Shown: one piece after another, positions 49,095 to 58,206 of the stretch
Numbering within the stretch: the first letter of the stretch is position 1
Layout of the letters: each line of letters starts with the position of its first letter
Virus record (IMG/VR): IMGVR_UViG_3300031576_000023
Span: 21,329-85,328 of that record
DNA length: 64,000 nt
DNA from: a virus
Reading direction: 5' to 3' (one strand)
Program-made: the position numbers and the translations under genes
The notes under the pieces: model-generated
The model's database searches: none
What the model saw: the letters and a program-made list of their open reading frames with translations, nothing else
What the model was told of the DNA's origin: nothing

Positions 49095-49403
49095 ATGACC
49101 GCTATGGACATCGCACAGTACCTGGACGAGGTCGAGCGCCGCTGGCGCAGCAGGACGCCCGCGCGGACGGTCAACGACGTGGACGCCGGTAGCCGCGTGA
49201 CGCGCGGCGAGATGCGCACGTGGTGCAGAGTCAACGGCATCGCGTTCGTGGAGATGGACGAGGAGGACTCCCAAGTCCCGCTGACGCGCTTGATGATGCG
49301 GCTGCGGCGGGAGTTTCCCGGCGAGCGCTGGGGGTATTTGAACTGCGCCACGGTTGACATGTGCCGCCGGCACAAGATCGTGGTCCCCAAAACCAGGGGG
49401 TAA
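49095..49403 (+). CDS. Hypothetical protein
   Basis: ORF in operon. Confidence 0.5.
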   Translation: MTAMDIAQYLDEVERRWRSRTPARTVNDVDAGSRVTRGEMRTWCRVNGIAFVEMDEEDSQVPLTRLMMRLRREFPGERWGYLNCATVDMCRRHKIVVPKTRG

Positions 49404-49419
49404 AATTTGCCCAACAGGC

Positions 49420-49448
49420 GTTGCGTGCCACGCAACACACGGTAAAAT
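49420..49448 (+). promoter_or_regulatory. Promoter with overlapping palindromic operator
   Basis: TTGCGT-N16-TAAAAT; palindrome GTTGCGTG-C-CACGCAAC at 49420-49436. Confidence 0.5.
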
Positions 49449-49652
49449 AGAGCTTGTCATCCGACAGGCTGGCCGAACCGGTCGCGGCCTTTCGATCGAC
49501 CGGATCACAGGAGACAAGACGGTGGATCACAGAACGAGAACGACGCAGGCGGTAGAGAAGCGCCTCGCCGCACGGCAGAGGCGGGAGCAGCGTGACTGGC
49601 GGGTATTCTTCCGGGCATGGCGCGCGTACCTCCGGGCGAATGGCGGTGTCGA

Positions 49653-50138
49653 ATGACTGGGACAGCTACACTCACGCCACTGGAGTGCGCGGCTATTCGT
49701 TTGGCGTCGCGGCAGATCGAACAGGCCGCGAAGGGTTTGCAGCCAGGCCGTGGTCAGCGGATAGACCTGGTACTGCGACTAGAGGGCATGCTCAATCGCG
49801 GCGAAGACGGAGTGTCGCAGCGGAAGACCCCTCCAGCTTGCCAGGACATGCTGGCCTGGCTGCTGTCCAGGATGAGCGTGCCGGCGCGCGACAAGCTCAT
49901 GGACGACTACGTCGCGCACTGCCAGAAGCACGGCGCGCCGAGCACCGAGGACGCGGACGCGACGGCGCGTGCCCGCCAGATGGCAGATGTTGGCTCGACG
50001 ACCCAGACATTCCCCAGGGCCGGCGCGCTGACCGGCAGTATCACGCTGGCGGTGATCGACACCACCAGCCTCAAGCCCCAGGCAATCAGGCAGCTCGCTG
50101 AGTGCTCCCGGATGATTAGCCTGGAGGAGGGCGAGTGA
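49653..50138 (+). CDS. Hypothetical protein
   Basis: ORF with coupled start/stop overlaps. Confidence 0.5.
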   Translation: MTGTATLTPLECAAIRLASRQIEQAAKGLQPGRGQRIDLVLRLEGMLNRGEDGVSQRKTPPACQDMLAWLLSRMSVPARDKLMDDYVAHCQKHGAPSTEDADATARARQMADVGSTTQTFPRAGALTGSITLAVIDTTSLKPQAIRQLAECSRMISLEEGE

Positions 50139-50544
50139 TGGAAAAGCTCATCCTGCTGTGGCCTAAGCGCCCACGAGTTATCCAGCGCGGGGGGAGCGTG
50201 CACCGTGAGTGGCGGACCAAGTGCGGCCGGTACTGCGTGAGCCGGCACTACTGCGAGCTGGCGAGTCTGCCGACGCGGTACATGCCGATGATGCGCACAG
50301 TTCACGGGTTGGTGCCGTTGCGGCGCAATAAATCGCCGCGCGCGATAATCCGCCGCAGGACGTGGCGACTGGCGATGCTGGACTGTGTCCGGCACGTCAG
50401 AAAGCAAGCCCGCTCGGAGCGGGCTGAGGCACGGATGCGTAAGGACGGCGCGGCGCGCGGTAGGCGCGTCTGCTTTTCCACGTCGCGAGTGCGGCGGAGT
50501 GGATTGACAGGTCGCGCGGGGCGGACAACACAGGAGACAGGATA

Positions 50545-50919
50545 ATGACTACCCAAGAAACGCTGGAGTGCTGCTTTTCTCGCCTGAGCGACTTGCAAAT
50601 CGAGAACCTACTGTGGCACGTTAACGCAGCGACTCCAATCTGCTGTGGGCAAGACGCACATCTTTTCGCCTCTGCGGACGGTGGTGGATGACCAGCACTG
50701 TTGGCCAGCACCCGTGAGGTGCCCCGCGTCCGCCTGGATTCACACTCACATGGACGAATCATGGATAAATGGCGAAACGCCCTGACAATCTTGATGGCGT
50801 CTGGAAATTACATGCGCAGCTTGTGCTTAGCCGACGAGCAAACCGTCCGCCAAGCAATTTCGGCCGCCGCGAGCGCGGCTGGGCGGATTGAAACTAGTCC
50901 AGCAGCGAAACAAAAATGA
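50545..50919 (+). CDS. Candidate selenoprotein paralog 2 (UGA at codon 49)
   Basis: In-frame TGA 50689-50691; hairpin 50708-50722; absent as a full ORF from the supplied track. Confidence 0.75.
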
Positions 50920-50931
50920 AGGGAAAGGAAA

Positions 50932-51288
50932 ATGACCACCCAAGAAACACTGGAGTATTGTTTTTCCTGCCTGAGCGATCAGAAAAGCGAGAACCTACTG
51001 TGGCACGTCGAAGCAGGGACTCCAATATGCTGCGGCGACGACTCATATCTTTACACCGATGGGGCGGGTGGAGGCTGACCGACTGTACTCGCCTGCACCC
51101 GTGCGGTGCCCCGCAAACGAAGCCTGTCGGACGGCCCAGTCCTGGACTCGTGGAACGACACAATAGAAAGCCTAAAGCCATCTACGTGCCCATCTGTGTA
51201 CATGGAAGCCTTGTACCGCGCCGACGAGGAGACAGTCCGGCGAGCAATTGTGGCCGCCGTCAAAGCAAAGCGCGACGGGACGGATTGA
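50932..51288 (+). CDS. Candidate selenoprotein paralog 3 (UGA at codon 49)
   Basis: In-frame TGA 51076-51078; hairpin 51095-51109. Confidence 0.75.
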
Positions 51289-51389
51289 AACATGGAGCGG
51301 CTAGGAGCCGTGTTTGACGGATCGAAGCGTGGTCGGCGCCTGGTCGAACCGGGCGCCGGCCTTTTCAAACCCATCACAGGGAGACGAAC

Positions 51390-52883
51390 ATGCTTACCGA
51401 GGTTTTCACGCGGGCCAAGAAACGGTCTGTCCCGCTAGTGCTGGTTGTAACCCCGGACCCGGCCGCCACGGTCCGAGAGCTGTGCACGACCCTGAACGGG
51501 GACGCCCAGGCTGTCTGCTGGGACCTGGTGCGCGGCCTGCACGAGCCGCCGATCACCTACGGGCTGGCGGACAAGCTGCGCGGCGGCGCGGAGGACGAGA
51601 CGTTGTTTGCGCCGGTAGCATTCGCGCAGGTGATCCGCAAAATGCCTGCGCACGGCGTGGCGTTCGGGTTGCAATTCGACCGCTACCTGCACGGACAGGA
51701 CGCGGCCGGCGTCACTCAAGCAGTTTGGAACCTGCGGGATCAGTTCAAGCAGGACGAGCGGATGCTGGTCATGCTGTGCTCTGACGGGAAGCTGCCGGTC
51801 GAACTCAAAAACGACGTGCTCGTGCTGGACGAACCATTGCCGAACGAAGCGCAGCTCAAAGCGGTCGTGACAAGCTTGTGCAAGGCCGCGAAAAAGGCCA
51901 GCACTACGTTCGCGGCGACGCCTGACGACATTGCCAGGGCTGCCGTGCGCGTCACCGGGCTGTCGCAGTTCGCGGCCGAGCAGGCGGTGGCCATGAGCCT
52001 GCGCGCCGGCGGTATCGACCAGGACGATCTGTGGGCGAGGAAACGGAAGCTCATCGAGGCAACGCCCGGCCTGGCGGTCTACGGCGGCGAGGAGCACTTT
52101 GGCGACCTGCGCGGCGTCGATAACGTCACGGGCTACCTGCGGCGCGTGATCGACGGGAAGCGCAGCCCAAATGTTATCGTCATGGTGGACGAGATCGAGA
52201 AGGCCCTGGCCGGCGCGCACGGCGACACGTCCGGCGTTTCCCAGGGTCAGTTGCAGTGCCTGCTGACGGAGATGCAGGATCAGAGCTATCCAGGCTGTAT
52301 ATTCATCGGGCCGCCTGGCAGCGGCAAGTCGATGGTCTCGAAGGCTGCCGGCAACGAGGCCGGCGTTCCGACGATCCTGTTCGACCTGAACGGGATGAAG
52401 GACTCGCTGGTTGGAGCCAGCGAGCGGAACATGCGCGACGCGCTGAAGGTCGTGCGCGCCGTCGGGGACGGCAAGGCGCTTTGGCTGGCGACGTGCAATG
52501 AGATCACCCAGTTGCCGAGCGCGCTGCGCCGGCGGTACACGCTCGGCACGTTCTTTTTCGACCTGCCGACGGGGGCGGAGCGCAAGGCGATCTGGGAGCT
52601 GTACCTCGGCCGGTACGATCTTGCGAAGGACCAGAGGGCCAAGCGGCCGGATGACGAGGGCTGGACCGGTGCCGAGATCAAGCAGTGCTGCGACAACGCC
52701 TGGGCGCTCGGTGTGACGCTTAAAGAGTCGGCCGGGTACGTGGTGCCGATCGTCAAGAGCGCGGCTACGGAGATCAGGCGCCTGCGGCAGGAGGCCAGCG
52801 GCCGTTTTCTCTCGGCGAGCCAGCCTGGCGTCTATCAGTTCCGCGAGAACGAGCAGGACGGGCAACGTGGCATTACGATGTAG
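51390..52883 (+). CDS. Ycf46-like AAA+ ATPase with Walker B block placed before Walker A block
   Basis: VIVMVDEIEK precedes GPPGSGKS; ATCN sensor 1, FFFDLP and GWTGAEIK follow. Confidence 0.85.
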   Translation: MLTEVFTRAKKRSVPLVLVVTPDPAATVRELCTTLNGDAQAVCWDLVRGLHEPPITYGLADKLRGGAEDETLFAPVAFAQVIRKMPAHGVAFGLQFDRYLHGQDAAGVTQAVWNLRDQFKQDERMLVMLCSDGKLPVELKNDVLVLDEPLPNEAQLKAVVTSLCKAAKKASTTFAATPDDIARAAVRVTGLSQFAAEQAVAMSLRAGGIDQDDLWARKRKLIEATPGLAVYGGEEHFGDLRGVDNVTGYLRRVIDGKRSPNVIVMVDEIEKALAGAHGDTSGVSQGQLQCLLTEMQDQSYPGCIFIGPPGSGKSMVSKAAGNEAGVPTILFDLNGMKDSLVGASERNMRDALKVVRAVGDGKALWLATCNEITQLPSALRRRYTLGTFFFDLPTGAERKAIWELYLGRYDLAKDQRAKRPDDEGWTGAEIKQCCDNAWALGVTLKESAGYVVPIVKSAATEIRRLRQEASGRFLSASQPGVYQFRENEQDGQRGITM

Positions 52884-53202
52884 GAGAAATAGCGTGTACT
52901 ACCAGTATCCAGACGCGAAGCTCTGCCCCGCACATCTTGTGGAAAGCCTCACTCGCTACGCCGAGCACGGCGTTCCGGTCGGCGGATTCTTGACTGCGTG
53001 CCTGGAAAACAACTTGCTAGAGGCTATCGCGCGCGCGGACGGCGAGAACTTGCCGCTGCTGCCGCACATTGTTGCGTGGCTGTACGAATACATGCCTTTT
53101 GGTGCATGGAGAAGCAGGGAGAACGTGGAAGCGTGGCTCGCGACCAAGCGTGCAGCGAGGGAGAGATCACACGGGGCGCCAATCACAGGAGAAAACGTAT
53201 GA
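52867..53202 (+). CDS. Hypothetical phage protein
   Basis: GGFLTACLENNL...AD..N motif. Confidence 0.6.
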   Translation: MALRCRRNSVYYQYPDAKLCPAHLVESLTRYAEHGVPVGGFLTACLENNLLEAIARADGENLPLLPHIVAWLYEYMPFGAWRSRENVEAWLATKRAARERSHGAPITGENV

Positions 53203-54092
53203 AACTGGAGCTGTTCAAAGACGCTGTCCTCATCAGCGTCGTCAAGCGAATCCCAGGCAACCGCCGCAAGGTGGACCTGGAGGATGTCGAGCTAGAAGTC
53301 GGGGGGCAGGCCTACAACGGCGAGAAGTCGGAGCTGCATCTTGGCAAGGACCTTCTGGAGAGCGTAGAGATCAAGGACATCCGGCACGAGTTTAACAAGT
53401 TCGGCCTGTACTTAGCGCGCAGGCGAGTGCCTGGCAATTTCTTTCGCGCTGGCTGCTACGTGGTGAAAAAAACGCGGCTGCCAGAAATCTACGCCGAGTA
53501 CCAGGCGCGGCGCGCCGGCGTGAAGCTCGGGGTAGACGCCTTCTGCGGCGCCTACGACGAGCGCAGGGCGCAGGCCAAGGTGCGGCTTGGAAATCTGTAC
53601 CGCGAGGATGAGTATCCGACCGAGGACAAGTTCCGCGGCGCTGTAGACCTGAAGATGTTGGTGGTCGAGCTGGCCGAGCCGGAGGGCATTGACCCCGCGA
53701 TCAAAGCGCAGCAGGCGGCCGAGGCGGAGGCGGAGTGGAAGGATGCTGTGAACGACGTGCGTCTTGCGTTGCGGACTGCGATGCAGGGCTTCGTGGCGCA
53801 CTTCGCCGAGCGGCTGCGCCCAGGCGAGGACGGCGCGAAGAAGGTCATCACCGAGAAGAAGGTGGCGCGGTTCAGGGAGTTCCTGGAGTTCTTCTCTGAC
53901 CGCGACATCACGGACGACGCTAAGCTGGCCGAGCTTGTCGGGCAGGCCAAGGGTTTATTGGACCATGCTGATGTTGGCCTGATGCGGCAGGATGGCATGT
54001 TCCGGGCGCAGCTCAATGATGCTTTCGGTCAGATGGAGCAGGCGGTAGGCGCGCTGGTTGAGGAGCAGCAGTCGCGGATGATTTCGTTCTGA
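53199..54092 (+). CDS. DUF3150-like coiled-coil protein
   Basis: LGNLYREDEYP motif; context next to the Ycf46-like ATPase. Confidence 0.55.
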   Translation: MKLELFKDAVLISVVKRIPGNRRKVDLEDVELEVGGQAYNGEKSELHLGKDLLESVEIKDIRHEFNKFGLYLARRRVPGNFFRAGCYVVKKTRLPEIYAEYQARRAGVKLGVDAFCGAYDERRAQAKVRLGNLYREDEYPTEDKFRGAVDLKMLVVELAEPEGIDPAIKAQQAAEAEAEWKDAVNDVRLALRTAMQGFVAHFAERLRPGEDGAKKVITEKKVARFREFLEFFSDRDITDDAKLAELVGQAKGLLDHADVGLMRQDGMFRAQLNDAFGQMEQAVGALVEEQQSRMISF

Positions 54093-54096
54093 ACCT

Positions 54097-54486
54097 GTGA
54101 TGCGGCTGGCGGAATGGAGTCCGCCGGCCGGTTTTGGAGGACCAAGTATGCGCCCACCTATTTGCGTAGCGTGCGAAATCGAATACTGGCCCCACGAGAA
54201 TGGCGCGACGCTAGTTCTCATGGCGATTGACAGGCCATTAGCGGCCTACCAGTGCGACGTCTGGAAGTGCCCCGGCTGCCGACACGAGATCGTGTTCGGT
54301 GTTGCCACAGAACCGTATTCCGCTGAGTGGCTGCCCGGGCGCGGCATCAACGACGCCATGCTTGCGGCAGATGCGCAGCAGCATCGGCAGATACGCGCCT
54401 GGCTGAACCACAAAGAACGAACGGCCTACAAATGCAAGGAGCTAAGTGATGTCACACGTGACGGCAGTATCCCTGGAGGTCAGTGA
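54097..54486 (+). CDS. Zinc-ribbon hypothetical protein
   Basis: CVAC and DVWKCPGC motifs. Confidence 0.5.
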   Translation: MMRLAEWSPPAGFGGPSMRPPICVACEIEYWPHENGATLVLMAIDRPLAAYQCDVWKCPGCRHEIVFGVATEPYSAEWLPGRGINDAMLAADAQQHRQIRAWLNHKERTAYKCKELSDVTRDGSIPGGQ

Positions 54487-54901
54487 TTTGAAAGTGCTGA
54501 AGGCGGCCTGCGATCAGCTCGGTCTTGAATTCTGCGAGGGCCAGAAAACATGGAAGTGGGTAGGTCGATGGTACAACGACTACGGCACGGCCGACGCGGC
54601 GTACAACATGGGCGTGCCAGTGAAGGACTACGGGAAGTCCGCCCATGCGATCAAGCTGGCCGGCTGCGCGTTCGAGATCGGCGTAGTAGCGAACGAGGCG
54701 AAGCCAGGGACGTACCTGCTGGCCTACGACTTCGTCGGACCAGGCCGCGCGATCATGGACAAGCTCGGAAAGGGGCTGGAAAAGCTGAAACAGGCGTATG
54801 GCGAGCAGGCTACGCTGGCGTTCGCTCGCCGGAAGGGATACGCGGTTGCCAGGTCTGTCTCAGGCGGTAAGGTCACGCTCAAGCTTAGCGTCAGACGGTA
54901 G
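54449..54901 (+). CDS. DUF1257-like protein
   Basis: MSHVT...LKAACDQLG...LKQAY pattern. Confidence 0.65.
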   Translation: MSHVTAVSLEVSDLKVLKAACDQLGLEFCEGQKTWKWVGRWYNDYGTADAAYNMGVPVKDYGKSAHAIKLAGCAFEIGVVANEAKPGTYLLAYDFVGPGRAIMDKLGKGLEKLKQAYGEQATLAFARRKGYAVARSVSGGKVTLKLSVRR

Positions 54902-54946
54902 TTACGATCGAAACGTATCACTGTGATAGGTTTCACTGGAGGAAGT

Positions 54947-55144
54947 ATGGGTAAAGAGACAATTACGGTCACGATTGATGAGCAGGGGGCCGTTGTGGTG
55001 GTCGTCGCCGGGCACAAGGGCGCCGGCTGCAAGGCGTTGACGGAAGCCCTAGAGAAGATGCTCGGCGCGCCAGGTTCGAAAGTCATGACGCCAGAGTACG
55101 CGCAGCGGCCGGAGAAGGCAGTCAAGCAGGAGGCCAAGCGATGA
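54947..55144 (+). CDS. DUF2997-like protein
   Basis: ITVTIDEQG...G..GAGC...LEKMLG...TPEY pattern. Confidence 0.65.
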   Translation: MGKETITVTIDEQGAVVVVVAGHKGAGCKALTEALEKMLGAPGSKVMTPEYAQRPEKAVKQEAKR

Positions 55145-55386
55145 ACGATCTGACGGTGCTCATCGATGAGGCTGGCCGGCTGCACTTCGTGTACGACGAC
55201 GCGCTGGCTGGTTTGCTGTCGCTCGGGAAGTCCGAGACCGTGCGTGTCAGTCACGTCGAGCCGGCACCTGGCGGCTGGGTGGCGTCGATGGCACCAGTCG
55301 GCGGCGCAGACTTGGGACCGTACCGGCTGCGTTCCGAGGCCCTGGCTGCGGAACGACGGTGGCTCAGGGAGCATCTGGAGCTGTAG
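55141..55386 (+). CDS. Conserved hypothetical protein of the DUF1257/DUF2997 cluster
   Basis: RVSHVEP...LGPY..RSEALAAERRWL pattern. Confidence 0.6.
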   Translation: MNDLTVLIDEAGRLHFVYDDALAGLLSLGKSETVRVSHVEPAPGGWVASMAPVGGADLGPYRLRSEALAAERRWLREHLEL

Positions 55387-55388
55387 CA

Positions 55389-55871
55389 ATGGACGACGCG
55401 ACAATAGCGCCGGTTTCGACTCAGCGACCACGGACTGCGGCCGTGCGTCCGAGCCTCTCGCCTTGGAGCTGTTGGACCGGGCTCGTGATGCCGTGCGACA
55501 CGGAGAAAGAGGTGGCCATCCTCGGGCACATGATCTGCGGGCCGTCGCAGGCCGACGAGGCAGCGGCGGTTCTCAAGCCGGCTGACTTCTACGGCGAGCG
55601 GCAGCGCGAGCTTTTCACGACGCTGGCTGGCCTGCGCGCGAAGCCGGACCCGGCGGCTCGCGAGCGCGCGAAGGCGCTAGCAGGTGAGCTGCTGTTGAAG
55701 CGCGGCAAGCTCGACGACTGGCGCGAGGTCTCTGCTGCGCTGCGGCGGCTACGGTGCGAGCGGGCCGTGGAAGCTTCCAAGGCCCTGTTGTGCGCGCATA
55801 TAGGGGGATGGGAGGAGTGGATCGAGTTGGCCAGGGCAGAGTTGCAGTTTCTTGCGGAGGCGACTGCATGA
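55389..55871 (+). CDS. Stand-alone DnaB N-terminal-domain-like protein
   Basis: EVAILGHMI...LKPADFYGERQRELF pattern. Confidence 0.5.
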   Translation: MDDATIAPVSTQRPRTAAVRPSLSPWSCWTGLVMPCDTEKEVAILGHMICGPSQADEAAAVLKPADFYGERQRELFTTLAGLRAKPDPAARERAKALAGELLLKRGKLDDWREVSAALRRLRCERAVEASKALLCAHIGGWEEWIELARAELQFLAEATA

Positions 55872-56083
55872 GCAGGACTCGCGGCAACCTCGGCAGCCGG
55901 CTCAGAGGCGCCAGGCTGAAAGCTGGACTGAGCTTGAGGCAACTTGCAGCGATGGTCGGCGTTTGCGCGTCAACGCAGTTCCGCCGCGAGGAGGGGGCAA
56001 TGTTTCCGTTTGCCGACGTGGCGAAGTACGCGCGGCGCCTTGGCGTGACTGTCGAGTGGCTCGTGCGCGATGACGAGTTGTAG
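55868..56083 (+). CDS. XRE-family HTH regulator
   Basis: RLRGARLKAGLSLRQLA...LGVTVEWL. Confidence 0.8.
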   Translation: MSRTRGNLGSRLRGARLKAGLSLRQLAAMVGVCASTQFRREEGAMFPFADVAKYARRLGVTVEWLVRDDEL

Positions 56084-56110
56084 CGTGTCACAATCACAGG
56101 AGACTGGAAA

Positions 56111-56452
56111 ATGGATAGGTATCACAAATACTGGAACGAGCAGGAGGAGGCGGTAGCGATGGAAATGTTCATCGGTGGCAAATCGCTGGACGAGATCGGG
56201 CGCGCGCTTGCGCGGAATGTGAACGCCGTCCGCAAGAAGCTGGACCAGCTTCTCAGGCTGGAGGCGGTCGGCGAACATAACAACGCGGACTGCGGGGCCG
56301 CGTATATCCCGACCGAGCAGCAGATCGCGGATGGCTGCCGAAGCATTCAGGCTCGGTGGAGCGAGGCGGATCGACTGCGCAGGCAGTGCGCTGCGTACCG
56401 AAACGCAACGCCGGACTTTACGCGAAGCGAGCGCGTGGGAGGCAGGCCATGA
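56111..56452 (+). CDS. Hypothetical HTH-like protein
   Basis: ATCACAGGAGA RBS; SLDEIGRALAR. Confidence 0.55.
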   Translation: MDRYHKYWNEQEEAVAMEMFIGGKSLDEIGRALARNVNAVRKKLDQLLRLEAVGEHNNADCGAAYIPTEQQIADGCRSIQARWSEADRLRRQCAAYRNATPDFTRSERVGGRP

Positions 56453-57243
56453 TCTTCATCAGCATCGATTGGGACTTTTTTATAAAGCTGCCGCGACCGA
56501 ACGCCATGCTCAAGTTACCGAACGGTGCTCGGCTCCCTGCGGCGCTCCTGATGGATTGGGGCGCGAACGACCGGATGCCACACGGTCTGTGCGACGCACT
56601 TTGGCTGGCTCGTAGCGCGGATATACTGGCCAACGGTTTCGACTTGCGGGAGTTCATGCCTCGCCAGGTGGTCCTGGGCGACTTCTACTGCGCGCTTCGA
56701 CGGCGCTACGACTGGGGGCGGTGCTTGCACGCCTCGGATAGCCATGCGCAGGCTAGTCGGCTGTGCCAGGATGCCGACGAGATAGTCCACTTCGACGCGC
56801 ACCACGACATGGGGTATAGCCACGCGCAGCTCGTCGGCGAGGTTCATTCCGGTAACTGGCTGCATCGGGAGTGGCGCCGCGGCGCCGACGTGACCCTGGT
56901 CTACCCAGACTGGCGCGGTCTCGGCGAGTGGCGCGAACGGAAGATGCCTATGAGCACGCGCGGCGCGCGGCGCGCAAAGGCAACGACGTGGAGCAAGTGG
57001 TCGGCAAGCGCTACCACTGGCCAAACGCGAGCCGTGGCGTTTCTGTGCAGGTCGCCGGCGTGGACGCACCCGCAGTGGGACGTGGAGTTTAGACGGCTAG
57101 AATCGATGCTAGGGCAGAACCACGTAGAGTGCATGGACTGCGCTGACGGCGTTTGCCGCGGCCGATGCGTCATGCGGCGATGGGACCCAAAAGCGGCCGA
57201 GACATTGGTCGAGGCGCGAAGTGGGCTTGTATGTCGCGCTTGA
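56449..57243 (+). CDS. Arginase-fold (UPF0489-like) metallohydrolase
   Basis: ISIDWDFF and HFDAHHD motifs. Confidence 0.55.
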   Translation: MIFISIDWDFFIKLPRPNAMLKLPNGARLPAALLMDWGANDRMPHGLCDALWLARSADILANGFDLREFMPRQVVLGDFYCALRRRYDWGRCLHASDSHAQASRLCQDADEIVHFDAHHDMGYSHAQLVGEVHSGNWLHREWRRGADVTLVYPDWRGLGEWRERKMPMSTRGARRAKATTWSKWSASATTGQTRAVAFLCRSPAWTHPQWDVEFRRLESMLGQNHVECMDCADGVCRGRCVMRRWDPKAAETLVEARSGLVCRA

Positions 57244-57836
57244 CAGACGACGAAAAGCAGGCCATGTGCCGCTTCGTGATGCGCGCGAGCGGAGAGGTAA
57301 CCGGGCTCCCGCCTGAAGGGCTGTGCGTCCCTGCGGCTGGGCTGCTGGTGCGCCTGCTGCGCGGTGGCGGGGAGCTAGCCTTGCTCCAGGCCGGCAGCGC
57401 AAGCTGGCGGTGCGTGAACGCGGATGACGACGGTGTAGGCTTCACGCATTTCTCATACGTGTGGGAGCCGGCTAGCGCTGTGACGAGGGCTAAGATCGCG
57501 GCAGGCGAGCTGCCGGAGCTGCACGCCTGGGTGGGAGTGCTGAACCAGGACGGCAGCGGAAAGTGGTTGATCGACCCCACGACTGGCGCCTGGCCGGACC
57601 AGCTTGAACGAACGCTCGGCCTCTCGTGGCGCGGCGCGAGACCGCCGAAGTACCTGTGGCACGATGTGGCTATACCGCAAATCTATGACTGCGAATACTG
57701 GCCGGAGCGTGAGGCGTGCCTGCTGGCAGAGCGCAAGTGGCTCGCGTGGTGGCGCGACTTCGAAGGAGCGTTCAGCGAATGGAGTTGTCGGGCCGGTCGG
57801 ACGCGCGATAGAATCAGCCGATCAACAACCTGGTAA
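57231..57836 (+). CDS. Hypothetical protein, possible papain-like Cys-His-Asp fold
   Basis: GLC...LHAWVG...LIDPT pattern. Confidence 0.45.
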   Translation: MSRLTDDEKQAMCRFVMRASGEVTGLPPEGLCVPAAGLLVRLLRGGGELALLQAGSASWRCVNADDDGVGFTHFSYVWEPASAVTRAKIAAGELPELHAWVGVLNQDGSGKWLIDPTTGAWPDQLERTLGLSWRGARPPKYLWHDVAIPQIYDCEYWPEREACLLAERKWLAWWRDFEGAFSEWSCRAGRTRDRISRSTTW

Positions 57837-58206
57837 TCCAAACATAGAAGCACGTGAGCTGCGCCGAACAGCCCGCCTATCCGCCATGCTAAAACAGATT
57901 GACACGACCAACACGTTTTTCGTTTCGATTCAAGGCGATCATATAGTCGTGTTGAGGCCCAGCAACCGTTTTGATCGGGAGCAGGCTCGAAACTTCGCTG
58001 CATGGCTCCTGGTCATGTCGGAGTGCCTGCCCCCGTCTGACGCAGACGCGTCTTTCGAGGAGCTGTGCGAAGCAATAAGGAACACCTGAAACTGAAATAC
58101 CAAAAGGGGAAAGGCGCGACACCTGCGAAGCGATCCCCGCCAAACGTAAGGAAAGTGGCGTGACAGCCGGGAGAGACCGGCACTTTTGAACGCATGAGGA
58201 CTAGAC

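Noticed and set aside
47881-51078. Three pseudogenes, or genome-wide UGA reassignment, as the explanation for the in-frame TGAs
   Set aside because: The TGA position and downstream hairpin are conserved across diverged paralogs with intact frames, and TGA is an ordinary stop elsewhere (many ATGA overlaps)
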